Assembly (NCBI GenBank): GCA_043825875.1
Contig: JBDRRF010000084.1
Location: 1-64,000 of the forward strand
Length of the DNA stretch: 64,000 bases
Direction of reading: 5' to 3'
Origin: Pseudomonadota bacterium
GTDB lineage: Bacteria; Desulfobacterota; Desulfobacteria; Desulfobacterales; RPRI01
Shown: one piece after another, positions 9,418 through 19,430 of the stretch
How positions within the stretch are numbered: position 1 is the first letter of the stretch
Layout of the letters: the number at the start of each line of letters is the position of its first letter
Program-made: the position numbers and the translations under genes
Notes under the pieces: model-generated
The model's database searches: none
Told to the model about the DNA's origin: nothing
The model's input: the letters and a program-made list of their open reading frames with translations, nothing else

Positions 9418-10719
9418 ATGGATATAGTAATGCTGTCACGTTTACAGTTTGCAACAGCAACCATATTCCATTTTTTGTTTGTGCCGGTAACACTCGGGCT
9501 TTCTCTTATTATTGCAATAATGGAAACAAAATATGTGCGAACCGGTGACAAGCTTTACCTTTCCATGACTAAATTCTGGGGAAAGCTTTTTCTCATTAAT
9601 TTTGCTCTTGGTGTAGTTACCGGAATAACTCTTGAATTTCAGTTCGGAACAAACTGGTCGAAATATTCGGCGTTTGTAGGAGATATTTTCGGTTCTCTTC
9701 TTGCCATAGAAGCTACAGCCGCTTTTTTCCTTGAATCTACTCTGATAGGAGTATGGATATTCGGCTGGAGAAAACTTTCCCCCAAAGCTCATGCCGCTGT
9801 AATGTGGCTTATTGCAGGTGCTTCAACTTTATCCGCTGTGTGGATTATTATTGCAAACGCTTGGATGCAGCATCCTGTAGGTTATGTTTTAAGAAACGGC
9901 AGAGCCGAACTTAATGACTTTCTTGCCGTTGTAACGCAAAAATTTGCCATACTGCAATTCTTGCATACAATGAGCGCGGCATATGTTATCAGCGCATTTT
10001 TTGTTATGGGAATAAGTGCTTATCATATATTAAAAAAACAGAATCTTGATTTTTTTGTAAAATCTTTCAGAATCGCTCTTGTTCTCGGCTTGATATCTTC
10101 TGTTTTTGTAGTATTTGAAGGAGACTTTCACGCAGCAGATATGGCCCAAAAACAACCAGCCAAGCTTGCAGCCATGGAATCATTATGGGAAACAACCACA
10201 AGAGCGCCAGTGTACCTTTTTGCTATTCCGGATGAAGCAAATGAAAAGAATATGATTGAAATAGGTGCATTGCCCGGAGTTTTAAGCTTTCTTGCCTATA
10301 AAGATATAAATGCCGAAGTAAAAGGTTTAAAAGATTTTCCGAGAGATGAAAGACCTCCGGTATTAATTACCAGTATGGCGTTTAAAGGAATGGTTGGCCT
10401 TGGAGCATATTTTATTTTTGTTACCGGTTATGGGTGGTTAAAAAGAAAGCGGCTTGCCGAAAACAAATTATATCTTAAGATCATGTTGTTATCCATTCCA
10501 TTGCCTTATATTGCTACGGAACTGGGCTGGGTAATGGCTGAGGTAGGCAGGCAACCCTGGATTGTTTATGGTCTTATGAAAACATCTGATGCGGTATCAC
10601 CTATTGCTTCATCGCAGGTTTTAGTTTCTCTGATAGCTTTCATTCTGGTTTACGGGCTTTTGGGGGTTGCCGGATTTTATCTGATAATAAAAAATGCCAA
10701 AAAGAATCCGGTATTATAG
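9418..10719 (+). CDS. cydA: Cytochrome bd ubiquinol oxidase subunit I
   Basis: SRLQFA, HFLFVP, EFQFGTNW, QPAKLAAME, GRQPW; GGAGG RBS precedes ATG 9418. Confidence 0.97.
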   Translation: MDIVMLSRLQFATATIFHFLFVPVTLGLSLIIAIMETKYVRTGDKLYLSMTKFWGKLFLINFALGVVTGITLEFQFGTNWSKYSAFVGDIFGSLLAIEATAAFFLESTLIGVWIFGWRKLSPKAHAAVMWLIAGASTLSAVWIIIANAWMQHPVGYVLRNGRAELNDFLAVVTQKFAILQFLHTMSAAYVISAFFVMGISAYHILKKQNLDFFVKSFRIALVLGLISSVFVVFEGDFHAADMAQKQPAKLAAMESLWETTTRAPVYLFAIPDEANEKNMIEIGALPGVLSFLAYKDINAEVKGLKDFPRDERPPVLITSMAFKGMVGLGAYFIFVTGYGWLKRKRLAENKLYLKIMLLSIPLPYIATELGWVMAEVGRQPWIVYGLMKTSDAVSPIASSQVLVSLIAFILVYGLLGVAGFYLIIKNAKKNPVL

Positions 10720-10746
10720 GCCGGGTATTTTTCCCATGGAGGTATA

Positions 10747-11775
10747 ATGGATTTACAAACTATTTGGTTTTTTCTATGGGGTTTGCTGTGGGCAGTTTTT
10801 TTCATGACTGACGGATTCGATTTTGGAATCGGGATGCTCTATCCTTTTCTTGGAAAAAACGACATCGAAAAACGTTTAATGATAAACTCCATTGGTCCTC
10901 TTTGGGATGGTAATGAAGTATGGCTGATAGCTGCAGGCGGGGTTACTTTTGCGGCTTTCCCGATTGCATACGCCGTAATGTTTTCTTCTTTATACTCAGG
11001 CCTTATGTTTATTCTTTTTGCTCTTATACTTCGCGGAGTAGCTTTTGAATTCAGAGGAAAGGTAGATAAAAAAAGCTGGAGATTAATCTGGGATATATGT
11101 ATAACTGTCGGCAGTCTGACCCCGGCGCTTTTGTTCGGGATTACTTTTGCAAATATATTTAAAGGACTTCCTTTAGATGCCAATGGAGTATTCCAGGGGT
11201 CTTTTTTTGATCTGTTAAACGTGTATGCTATTATCGGTGGAATATTGTTTCTTTTATTGTTTTTGTTTCATGGAGCTTTGTGGCTGTCTATAAAAACAGA
11301 AGGAGATCTTAATAGAAGATCGATATCAACAGCGATTTGGCTGTGGCCGTTTATGCTGATTTGTGCTGTGGTATTTTTAGCAGCCAGCTGGTTTTATACA
11401 AAGCTTTTCGATAATTTCATACAAAACCCGATACTCTTTATGGAGATTTTACTGGTTGTTGCAGCCTTAATTGCTTCAAGATATTTTATTAAAAAACTAA
11501 GTTTTTTTAAGGCCTGGTTTTCATCTTCTATTACAATAGTAGGAGCGGTTTTTTTCGGAATAATCGGATTATACCCGAATATACTTCCTTCAAGTATAAG
11601 CACTGATTTTAATGTTACGGCCTTTAATGCATCATCAAGCCCGCTTACTTTAAAAATCATGCTGGTTGTTGTAATTATTTTTATTCCGGTGATCATTGCA
11701 TATCAGGCATGGACATATAATCTTTTTAAGGGAAAAATAACTGAAGAAGATCTTTTATATGAAGAAGCTTACTAA
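10747..11775 (+). CDS. cydB: Cytochrome bd ubiquinol oxidase subunit II
   Basis: DGFDFG, PLWDGNEVWL, RGVAFEFR. Confidence 0.97.
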   Translation: MDLQTIWFFLWGLLWAVFFMTDGFDFGIGMLYPFLGKNDIEKRLMINSIGPLWDGNEVWLIAAGGVTFAAFPIAYAVMFSSLYSGLMFILFALILRGVAFEFRGKVDKKSWRLIWDICITVGSLTPALLFGITFANIFKGLPLDANGVFQGSFFDLLNVYAIIGGILFLLLFLFHGALWLSIKTEGDLNRRSISTAIWLWPFMLICAVVFLAASWFYTKLFDNFIQNPILFMEILLVVAALIASRYFIKKLSFFKAWFSSSITIVGAVFFGIIGLYPNILPSSISTDFNVTAFNASSSPLTLKIMLVVVIIFIPVIIAYQAWTYNLFKGKITEEDLLYEEAY

Positions 11776-11794
11776 CCGTTGTTATATAAAAACA

Positions 11795-11906
11795 GTAACA
11801 ACTTAGGTTCACAGTTCCAGAGTTCACGGTTCAAGGTTAGAAAGCAAGGGGTCAGGGCAATCAACTGTGAACCGTGAACCGTGAATCTGACAAGCTTAGT
11901 AGTTAT
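11795..11906. repeat. Heptamer-repeat foldback element
   Basis: Tandem GGTTCAC/AGTTCAC-type units followed by their inverse ACCGTGA units, bounded by imperfect inverted ends GTAACAACTTAG / CTTAGTAGTTAT. Confidence 0.65.
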
Positions 11907-11967
11907 AAAAAATGAATATTCGATCTGTGAATTACAGGCTTTTTAATATTAAAATGGAGAAAATAAT

Positions 11968-12933
11968 ATGCTGGCTCTTGGAATAATGGGCAGTCCCAGA
12001 AAAAATGGGAATACTGATTTTCTGCTTTCGCTTTTCATGAAAGAAATTGAAAAAGCCGGAGTCAGGACACATGTTGTTGAAGTGGGGAAGAAAAATATCA
12101 TGCCCTGCCTTGAATACAGTGTTTGTGAAAGAAAAGGAACCTGCCCCATAGACGATGATATGAATGAAGTTTATTCACTTTTGCGTGAAGCTGACATTGT
12201 AGTACTTGCAACACCGATGTTTTTTTATAATGCACCAGGTCAGACAAAAGCTCTTATAGACAGAAGCCAGACTTTATGGGCGAGAAGATACAGACTTAAG
12301 CTTTCTGATCCAGGGTGTAAAATAAAAAAAGGATTTCTTCTTGCTTTAGGTGCTACTAAAGGCAAGAATCTATTTGAAGGTATAAATCTTACTGCAAAAT
12401 ATTTTTTTGATGCTATAAGTGCATCATTTGAATCAAGTTTGACATATCGCAAGATTGAAAACCGGAAAGATATGGAAAACCATCCGACTGTCGTAGATGA
12501 TGTGAAACAGGCTGCTGAAAATTTATTAAAACCATATCTTACAAGAAAAAAAATATTGTTCGCTTGCCGTGAAAATGCATGTAGAAGCCAGATGGCAAGC
12601 GCTTTTGCCCGATATCTTGCAGGAGATAAGATTGATGCATTAAGCGGTGGCAGTACTCCTGCCGATGAAGTAAATAAAATTATGATTGAAGCCATGCATG
12701 AAAAGGGAATAGATATGGCTTTTCGCAAACCAAAATCAATTGATGAGGTTTTATCAAAGGAAAAACCGGACATCATTATTACAATGGGCTGTAAAGAAGA
12801 ATGTCCGGTTGTTCCGGGCGCTAAAGTAAAAGATTGGGAAATTCCCGACCCGGCAGGCAAACCTATAGAATTTATGCGTGATGTCCGCGATGAAATAGAA
12901 AAAAGAATTACAGATTTGATAAGTACATTATAA
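11968..12933 (+). CDS. Fusion: iron-sulfur flavoprotein/NADPH-FMN reductase domain + LMW-PTP/ArsC domain
   Basis: N-terminal [10 protein letters not shown]-x5-C-x5-C, ATPMFF; C-terminal [12 protein letters not shown]-loop, [16 protein letters not shown]. Confidence 0.85.
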   Translation: MLALGIMGSPRKNGNTDFLLSLFMKEIEKAGVRTHVVEVGKKNIMPCLEYSVCERKGTCPIDDDMNEVYSLLREADIVVLATPMFFYNAPGQTKALIDRSQTLWARRYRLKLSDPGCKIKKGFLLALGATKGKNLFEGINLTAKYFFDAISASFESSLTYRKIENRKDMENHPTVVDDVKQAAENLLKPYLTRKKILFACRENACRSQMASAFARYLAGDKIDALSGGSTPADEVNKIMIEAMHEKGIDMAFRKPKSIDEVLSKEKPDIIITMGCKEECPVVPGAKVKDWEIPDPAGKPIEFMRDVRDEIEKRITDLISTL

Positions 12934-12965
12934 ATAAAAAACTAACAATAAAAGGAGATGACAAA

Positions 12966-13124
12966 ATGGATAAGTATGTATGTAATGTATGTGGTTATGT
13001 TTATGATCCTGCAGCAGGAGATCCTGATAATGGTGTAAAAGCCGGAACTAAATTTCAAGATTTGCCCGATGACTGGCAGTGCCCTGTGTGCGGAGCTTCA
13101 AAATCCGATTTTGAGAAAGAATAA
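12966..13124 (+). CDS. rd: Rubredoxin (52 aa; below ORF-track cutoff)
   Basis: [61 protein letters not shown]. Confidence 0.97.
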   Translation: MDKYVCNVCGYVYDPAAGDPDNGVKAGTKFQDLPDDWQCPVCGASKSDFEKE

Positions 13125-13135
13125 AGTTAAACCTG

Positions 13136-13181
13136 ACGCCCTTTTTCATTTTAAATCTATCCATGCAAAAAGGGCGTTTTT
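13136..13181 (+). terminator. Stem-loop after rubredoxin (terminator or mRNA stabiliser)
   Basis: ACGCCCTTTT ... AAAAGGGCGT followed by a T run. Confidence 0.55.
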
Positions 13182-13209
13182 AATTTACTACCCTAAATAG
13201 AGAAAAAAA

Positions 13210-14406
13210 ATGAAACCTGTACAAATTGCAAAAGATATTTATGATGTTGGTGTGAACGACTGGAACATAAGAGATTTCCACGGCTATTCCGTGGATTTTG
13301 GAACAAGTTACAATGCTTTTTTAATAGTAGATAAAAAAATAGCCCTGATAGATACGGTTAAAGCCGAATTTGCCGATCAATTGCTTGAAAATATATCGCA
13401 AATCATAGATCCTAAAAAGATTGATTATGTTATCAGCAATCATACGGAAATGGATCATTCCGGGGGATTATCCCGGGTAATGCATAAAATCGGTGAGGAT
13501 AAACCGCTGTATTGTTCGAAAATGGGACAAAAAAATCTATCCCGCCATTTCGGGCAGAAATGGAATTATCATCCGGTGGAAAATGGCGAGGAACTTTCTC
13601 TTGGAAATAAAACTCTTACCTTTCTTGAAACAAGAATGCTTCACTGGCCTGACAGCATGTTTTCATACCTTAAAGAAGATAAAATCCTGTTTTCAAGCGA
13701 TGCTTTCGGGCAGCATTATGCGGGAAACGAGAAATTTGATGATGTTATCGGACATGTTATTATGCCGCATGCGAAAAAATATTTTGCCAATATACTTCTG
13801 CTTTATGCTCCGCTGATATTAAAGCTTGTTGAACAGGTTACCGATCTCAAACTTGAGATTAATATGATTTGCCCTGACCATGGTATATTATGGCGAAAAG
13901 ATCCGGAAAAAATTATTAATGCTTATGTTGAATGGAGCAGTCAGAAAGCAAAAAACAAAGCTGTTGTTATTTATGACACCATGTGGCACAGCACTGAAAA
14001 AATGGCAAATGCGATTGTTGCAGGTCTTGTTGAGCAGGGTGTTGCTGCAAAACCATATCATTTGAGAAAATGGAACAGAAGCGATATTATGACTCAGGTC
14101 TTAGATGCAAAAGCAATTATAGTCGGTTCGCCTACATTAAATAATGGATTGTTTCCAACACTAAGTGATTTTCTAACGTATATGAAAGGCCTTAAACCCA
14201 AAAATAAAATAGGAGCGGCTTTTGGTTCATACGGCTGGAGTGGGGAGTCTGTTAAGCTGCTTAACAATGAGCTTGAATCAATGCATATAGAACTTGTTGA
14301 TCCGGGCTTAAAGTTTCAATATGTGCCTGACAATGAATGCATTAAAGCATGTATCGAAATGGGAAAAAAGATAGGTAAATTAATAAATGAAAGCACCGGT
14401 AGTTGA
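13210..14406 (+). CDS. fprA: Flavodiiron protein FprA / rubredoxin:oxygen oxidoreductase
   Basis: HTEMDHSG, HWPDSM, SSDAFGQH, PDHG, C-terminal flavodoxin domain (FGSYGWSGE). Confidence 0.95.
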   Translation: MKPVQIAKDIYDVGVNDWNIRDFHGYSVDFGTSYNAFLIVDKKIALIDTVKAEFADQLLENISQIIDPKKIDYVISNHTEMDHSGGLSRVMHKIGEDKPLYCSKMGQKNLSRHFGQKWNYHPVENGEELSLGNKTLTFLETRMLHWPDSMFSYLKEDKILFSSDAFGQHYAGNEKFDDVIGHVIMPHAKKYFANILLLYAPLILKLVEQVTDLKLEINMICPDHGILWRKDPEKIINAYVEWSSQKAKNKAVVIYDTMWHSTEKMANAIVAGLVEQGVAAKPYHLRKWNRSDIMTQVLDAKAIIVGSPTLNNGLFPTLSDFLTYMKGLKPKNKIGAAFGSYGWSGESVKLLNNELESMHIELVDPGLKFQYVPDNECIKACIEMGKKIGKLINESTGS

Positions 14407-14581
14407 GCTTGGCGAATGTATACTGTGTGGTATTTGTGTTGATCTGGTACCTTCCGTTTTTCAACTCAGCAGTGGCGGATATGTAGAAGTTGCCGATCTT
14501 TTGGTATATCCCGAAGCTGATGTTGATGACGCAATAAAAAACTGTCCTTCAGACTGCATATCATGGAACGAGAATCAGTAA
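14387..14581 (+). CDS. Single-cluster ferredoxin
   Basis: CILCGIC ... CPSDCI. Confidence 0.85.
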   Translation: MKAPVVELGECILCGICVDLVPSVFQLSSGGYVEVADLLVYPEADVDDAIKNCPSDCISWNENQ

Positions 14582-15249
14582 AGCAATTAGGAGGAAAAAA
14601 ACTTAAAAACTACATCAAGGACTTATTGTCTGATGCAAATTTTGATCAAAGAATCAGTGAAATTCTTCTTCTGCCCGGAAGAAAGGTAGTAAACTATCTG
14701 TTTTCAAATCTTTACAGCAAAGAAGAGCTGGTAAAATGGCGGTCTGTAACAGCAATGGGAGAAGTAGTTTCGGCTATTGCCGATTCCGACATGGAGTCGG
14801 CGCGTGTTGTTATGCGCCGGCTTATCTGGAATTTAAACGATGAATCGGGCGGAATCGGCTGGGGATCTCCCGAATCAATGGCGGAAATCATAGCAAAACA
14901 TGATAAGCTCGGAAAAGAGTATAACCGTATTCTTATTTCTTATATAAATAAAAATGGAAATTTTCTTGAAAACGAAGTGCTTCAGCAGGGAGTGCTGTGG
15001 GGAATAGGAAGAATTGCGGATGAAAAACCGCAACTAGTAAAAGATTCTTTTCCTTTGCTTGAACTTTACATCAAAAGCCGGGATTCCTTATCACGCGGCC
15101 TTGCGGCAAAGGCAATGGCTGCAATAGATCATGAAAAAGCGAAACCTGCCCTTCTTTTTCTTAAAAATGATAGTTCGAAAATTATAATTTATGAAAACGG
15201 CAAACTTGCAGAATTTACGGTCAGTCAGATAGTGGGTAATATTTTATGA
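14563..15249 (+). CDS. HEAT/ARM-repeat protein (DVU0298-like family)
   Basis: RRLIWNLNDESGGIGWGSPE signature; helical repeats. Confidence 0.7.
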   Translation: MERESVKQLGGKKLKNYIKDLLSDANFDQRISEILLLPGRKVVNYLFSNLYSKEELVKWRSVTAMGEVVSAIADSDMESARVVMRRLIWNLNDESGGIGWGSPESMAEIIAKHDKLGKEYNRILISYINKNGNFLENEVLQQGVLWGIGRIADEKPQLVKDSFPLLELYIKSRDSLSRGLAAKAMAAIDHEKAKPALLFLKNDSSKIIIYENGKLAEFTVSQIVGNIL

Positions 15250-15266
15250 TAAAGGAGAACTTGGTT

Positions 15267-15641
15267 ATGAAAATAAATATCAAACTTATATTATGTATAT
15301 CTGTTTTCTTCCTTCTTTTAGCAGGAACAGCTTCTGCCAATAAATCTTCCGTTACAATTGATGCGCCTGAATCGGTTACAAAAGGCACAGAGGTAACTAT
15401 AAAATTAAATGTTAAGCATGATGGAAACAATATGTTCCATCATAGCGAATGGGTATATCTTAAAATAAATGGACAAGAAATTGCAAGATGGGATTTTTCG
15501 ATGTTTAACAGACCTGAGACGGAAAATTTTACAGAAGAAGTAAAATATACAGTAAATGAACCGGTTCAGATTGAAGCTGAAGCAAGTTGTAATGTCCATG
15601 GGAGTACAGGGCTCAAAAATGCAGCAATCAATGTAAAATAA
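15267..15641 (+). CDS. Exported superoxide-reductase-like (SORL/neelaredoxin-fold) protein
   Basis: Signal peptide ending ASA; H..., HHSEW and CNVHG motifs match SOR active-site ligands; AAGGAG RBS. Confidence 0.65.
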   Translation: MKINIKLILCISVFFLLLAGTASANKSSVTIDAPESVTKGTEVTIKLNVKHDGNNMFHHSEWVYLKINGQEIARWDFSMFNRPETENFTEEVKYTVNEPVQIEAEASCNVHGSTGLKNAAINVK

Positions 15642-15647
15642 ACATTA

Positions 15648-15789
15648 GAGCCAGTTTTAAAACGCCCGATTTTGGCCGATCTCTGCGTTGGGCTCAAATT
15701 TCACTCCTCGAAATACTAAATGTATTCCTGTAGATGAAATTTTCTCCCGCCTTGAGCTTGACCAAACTGAAACGTTTTGAAAGCGGCTC
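15648..15789 (+). mobile_element. MITE copy 4
   Basis: 142 bp with TIRs; flanks ATTA/AATA (one mismatch). Confidence 0.9.
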
Positions 15790-15811
15790 AATATTTTGGA
15801 GATACTGCCTT

Positions 15812-15994
15812 ATGACAATCGGAGGAGTTTCAATAATTCTGATTGGGGGATTGATAAATTTCGGTTTGCTTTTATTCCAGCTTTTGTCGGGTCTTCATTA
15901 TATTAAGGTGCCGATCGGAGTGCATAAAAAAACGGGTATTACTCTTGTAGTATTTGCCTTTATACATGGATTGCTCGGTATTTTGGTGCATTAA
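15812..15994 (+). CDS. Small two-TM membrane protein
   Basis: 60 aa from ATG 15812 with GGAG RBS; His residues at helix ends (VHKKTG, FIHG); upstream extension in the ORF track comes from the MITE. Confidence 0.6.
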   Translation: MTIGGVSIILIGGLINFGLLLFQLLSGLHYIKVPIGVHKKTGITLVVFAFIHGLLGILVH

Positions 15995-16573
15995 AGAAAG
16001 TCACTAATTGCTTTATCCCCCTTCCTGTTTTGTTTATTAATCAATATACCAATCTCAACAATCCCGTTCCCGAATAGATTTCAGCTTCAGAAACAAGTGT
16101 TCCGGATTCAATTCACAATGTTTTGTGCATACAGACTTATCACAGGTTTGCTGGTAGAAGAATATCTTGTTTTTACTGGAAGATATCTGGAAAGATTAGT
16201 TTTTATGGCAAGTTTTGTCGCATTAACGATTACAGTACGTTTGTACTCTTGAAAATGCTAAATTTAGCTTTTTCGTTGATTGCTTCAAGAAAGTGGAACT
16301 TCGAACAATTTCATGAAAATAGTAGATATCTAGCGCAAATCATGATAAAGAAAACTCGAAACTAATCTAAAGAAAAATACCGTTATAGAGCAGTTAACCA
16401 TCTTAGAATATAGGATGGATATTGAACGAGTTTGATAACATCAATAATATTTAAATCTTAATATTGACGGTTTCAAAACTTTTAAATGTTACCGATATAT
16501 TTGTTATTCATAAAAAAAAGAATCTCGCCCGAAGATGTGCATCGTCCATAGCGGACATACAAAGAGAGAATAA

Positions 16574-18142
16574 ATGGCAAAGGCTACAGCAAAGAAGCAA
16601 AAATCTGTTGAAGAAACCCTCTGGGATTCCGCCAATAAACTACGTGGCTCTGTTGAGCCTTCCGAATATAAACATGTTGTGCTTGGATTAATCTTCTTGA
16701 AATTCGCAAGCGATAAGTACGAAAAACGCCGCAAAGAACTTGTTGCCGAGGATAAAGAGAAATATGCCGAAATGGTTGAGTTCTATACAATGAAAAATGT
16801 ATTTTATTTGCCTGAAATTTCTCGATGGACTTATCTGATCAAAAATGCAAAACAAGATGATATTGCACTAAAAATCGACACGGCTTTGTTTACAGTTGAG
16901 AAAAACAACCCTGTTTTAAAAGGTGCATTGCCGGACAACTACTATTCCCGGATAAATTTGGAAGTCAACAAACTTGCTGCTTTGCTCGATACAATCAACA
17001 ATATTGATACACTACGAGATAAAGAAAATGATATTGTCGGTCGGGTTTATGAATACTTTTTAAGCAAGTTTGCCATTGCCGAGGGAAAAGGAAAAGGAGA
17101 ATACTATACACCCAAAAGTATTGTAAATCTTATTGCAGAAATGATTGAGCCTTACAAAGGCATAATTTATGATCCTTGCTGTGGTTCAGGTGGTATGTTT
17201 GTCCAATCAATGAAATTTGTTGAAAGCCACCAGGGAAACAAAAAAGACATTTCGGTTTACGGACAGGAATATACCAACACGACTTATAAACTGGCAAAGA
17301 TGAACCTTGCGATACGTGGAATTTCCGCCAATTTAGGTGAAAAAGCATCAAGCACATTTTCCGATGACCAGCATAAAGATTTGAAAGCCGATTACATAAT
17401 GGCAAACCCGCCATTTAACCAAAAAGATTGGCGTGCATCGGATGAACTTCTAAACGACCCTCGTTGGAATGGTTACGACGTGCCGCCGATAAGCAATGCC
17501 AATTATGGCTGGATTTTGAACATGGCTTCAAAACTCTCAGTTAATGGTGTTGCCGGTTTCTTACTTGCAAACGGAGCGCTTGGCGATTCCGACACATTAT
17601 CTATTCGAAGACAGCTAATCAAAAACAAAATTGTAGAAACTATTGTAATCCTTCCCCGTGATATGTTTTACAGTACCGATATTAGCGTTACCCTGTGGAT
17701 ACTCAACAATAATAAAAAAGCCCGTACTATTGAGCAAAACGGGAAGATAATAAAATATCGTGACCGCCAAAATGAAATTCTTTTTATGGATTTACGCAGA
17801 TGGGGTTCGGAGTATGAAAAGAAATATATACAGCTTACTGAAAACGATATAGAAAGAGTTGCAACAAACTACCACAATTGGCAACGGGTCGGACACGAAC
17901 AAACATACAGAAACATACCTGAATTCTGCTATGCTGCAAATATTGAAGAAATTGAAAACAACGGATTCTCTCTTATTCCAAGCAAGTATATAGAGTTTAT
18001 TGACAGAGACAGTAATATTGATTTCGATACGGAAATGAAACGCATACAAAATGAATTTCAAACGTTACTTGCCGAAGAAGTGGAATCTCAAAAAGAATTA
18101 ATAAACGCTTTTAAAGGGCTGGGATATGAAATCAAACTTTAA
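16574..18142 (+). CDS. hsdM: Type I restriction-modification methyltransferase subunit
   Basis: LWDSANKLRG, GEYYTP, YDPCCGSGGMF (motif I), NPPF (motif IV). Confidence 0.97.
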   Translation: MAKATAKKQKSVEETLWDSANKLRGSVEPSEYKHVVLGLIFLKFASDKYEKRRKELVAEDKEKYAEMVEFYTMKNVFYLPEISRWTYLIKNAKQDDIALKIDTALFTVEKNNPVLKGALPDNYYSRINLEVNKLAALLDTINNIDTLRDKENDIVGRVYEYFLSKFAIAEGKGKGEYYTPKSIVNLIAEMIEPYKGIIYDPCCGSGGMFVQSMKFVESHQGNKKDISVYGQEYTNTTYKLAKMNLAIRGISANLGEKASSTFSDDQHKDLKADYIMANPPFNQKDWRASDELLNDPRWNGYDVPPISNANYGWILNMASKLSVNGVAGFLLANGALGDSDTLSIRRQLIKNKIVETIVILPRDMFYSTDISVTLWILNNNKKARTIEQNGKIIKYRDRQNEILFMDLRRWGSEYEKKYIQLTENDIERVATNYHNWQRVGHEQTYRNIPEFCYAANIEEIENNGFSLIPSKYIEFIDRDSNIDFDTEMKRIQNEFQTLLAEEVESQKELINAFKGLGYEIKL

Positions 18143-19289
18143 GCGTTTAGGCGATTATATTCAGTTGGTAGATACAAGAAATACGGATTTTAAAATTGAC
18201 CGGCTTTTAGGAATGAATATTTCAAAAAATTTCATACCATCGGTTGCTAATGTTTCAGAGACAGATTTATCAAAGTACAAAGTAATCCGTAAAGATCAAT
18301 TTGCTTATAGCGCCATGCAGGTTGGGCGGGATGAGACAGTTCGGGTTGCACTATTCACCGAACAAGAACCAGCGATCATTTCACCCGCATACCTTGTATT
18401 TGAAGTAATAGATTCAAATATTGTTCTACCCGAATTTTTGATGATGTGGTTTCAACGACCTGAATCAGACAGGTACGGTTGGTTTATTAGTGATGGCAGT
18501 GTTCGTTCAAGTTTGGAATGGGAACGCTTTTGCGAAATTCTTGTTCCAATACCTGACGATATTGAAGAACAAAAAAATTGTGTTTCCATTTACAACGGAT
18601 TATTGAGTAATCAGCAGTGTTACGAACGCAGTTTAAATGACTTGCAATTAATTTGTGATTCTTACATGGAAACTTTAGCCCTTAAAGAAGGAACAAAAGT
18701 TTTAGGTGATTATATTCAACCTGTTGATATTCGAAATTCTGATTTGAAAGTAAAACACTTACGAGGCGTTTCGACTTCTAAACAATTAATCGAATTTGTT
18801 GCAAATACTAATGGATTGGATTTTTCTAAATATAAAATAGTTAACAGCGGTCAGTTTGTTTATGTTGCAGACACCTCACGTAGAGGAGATAAGATCGCAC
18901 TGGCTATGAATGAACTTGAACCTTGTATTGTTTCAAGTATATACACAGTTTTTGAACTCAAAGAACAATCTGATTTATTCCCTGAATTTCTATTTTTATG
19001 GTTCAAACGCAAAGAATTTGACCGGTATGCCCGTTTTCACTCGTGGGGAAGTGCAAGGGAAACTTTTGATTGGAACGATATGTGCGAGGTAAAACTTCCA
19101 ATTCCAGATATTGATGTTCAAAAATCAATAGTTGCAATTCATCACACTTTAGAAACCCGTAAAAGAATAAATGAGCGCTTGAAAAGCCTTGTAACGCCTT
19201 TATGTCTTGTTTTGATAAAAGGTGTTGTGAATAAAATCAATGATGCCGTGAAAGAAAAAGGTGTTGTTTTGGAGGTGGGAAGCAATTGA
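18126..19289 (+). CDS. hsdS: Type I restriction-modification specificity subunit
   Basis: Two homologous TRD halves each starting LGDYIQ; P-x-P-x3-Q conserved regions; overlaps hsdM. Confidence 0.92.
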   Translation: MKSNFKRLGDYIQLVDTRNTDFKIDRLLGMNISKNFIPSVANVSETDLSKYKVIRKDQFAYSAMQVGRDETVRVALFTEQEPAIISPAYLVFEVIDSNIVLPEFLMMWFQRPESDRYGWFISDGSVRSSLEWERFCEILVPIPDDIEEQKNCVSIYNGLLSNQQCYERSLNDLQLICDSYMETLALKEGTKVLGDYIQPVDIRNSDLKVKHLRGVSTSKQLIEFVANTNGLDFSKYKIVNSGQFVYVADTSRRGDKIALAMNELEPCIVSSIYTVFELKEQSDLFPEFLFLWFKRKEFDRYARFHSWGSARETFDWNDMCEVKLPIPDIDVQKSIVAIHHTLETRKRINERLKSLVTPLCLVLIKGVVNKINDAVKEKGVVLEVGSN

Positions 19290-19412
19290 GCTTTACCGGA
19301 TAAATTTAAATAAGCAGTAATAGAAATTTTAAAGCTGAAAAATATCTATACTGAAAGAAAATTATCCGAAGCAGCAACTTGTAAGAAATACTTACAAGTT
19401 CAAGTGAAAGGG
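19286..19412 (+). pseudogene. Degenerate hsdR 5' end joined to a RhuM-like fragment
   Basis: 19286-19346 resembles hsdR start (20534-); then a frame reading KNIYTERKLSEAATCKKYLQVQVKGNK, which resembles RhuM-family KNIYxEGELxxxATCKKFLQV. Confidence 0.55.
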
Positions 19413-19430
19413 AATAAAGTGAGTATATAA

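Noticed and set aside
12240..12860. 206-aa antisense ORF and similar long antisense ORFs elsewhere
   Set aside because: They lie entirely opposite well-supported genes and have no motifs; shadow ORFs
16123..16560. ORFs 16123-16365 and 16464-16691 at the left edge of the defence island
   Set aside because: No RBS or recognisable motif; probably decayed or non-coding sequence; no att site or flanking direct repeat found
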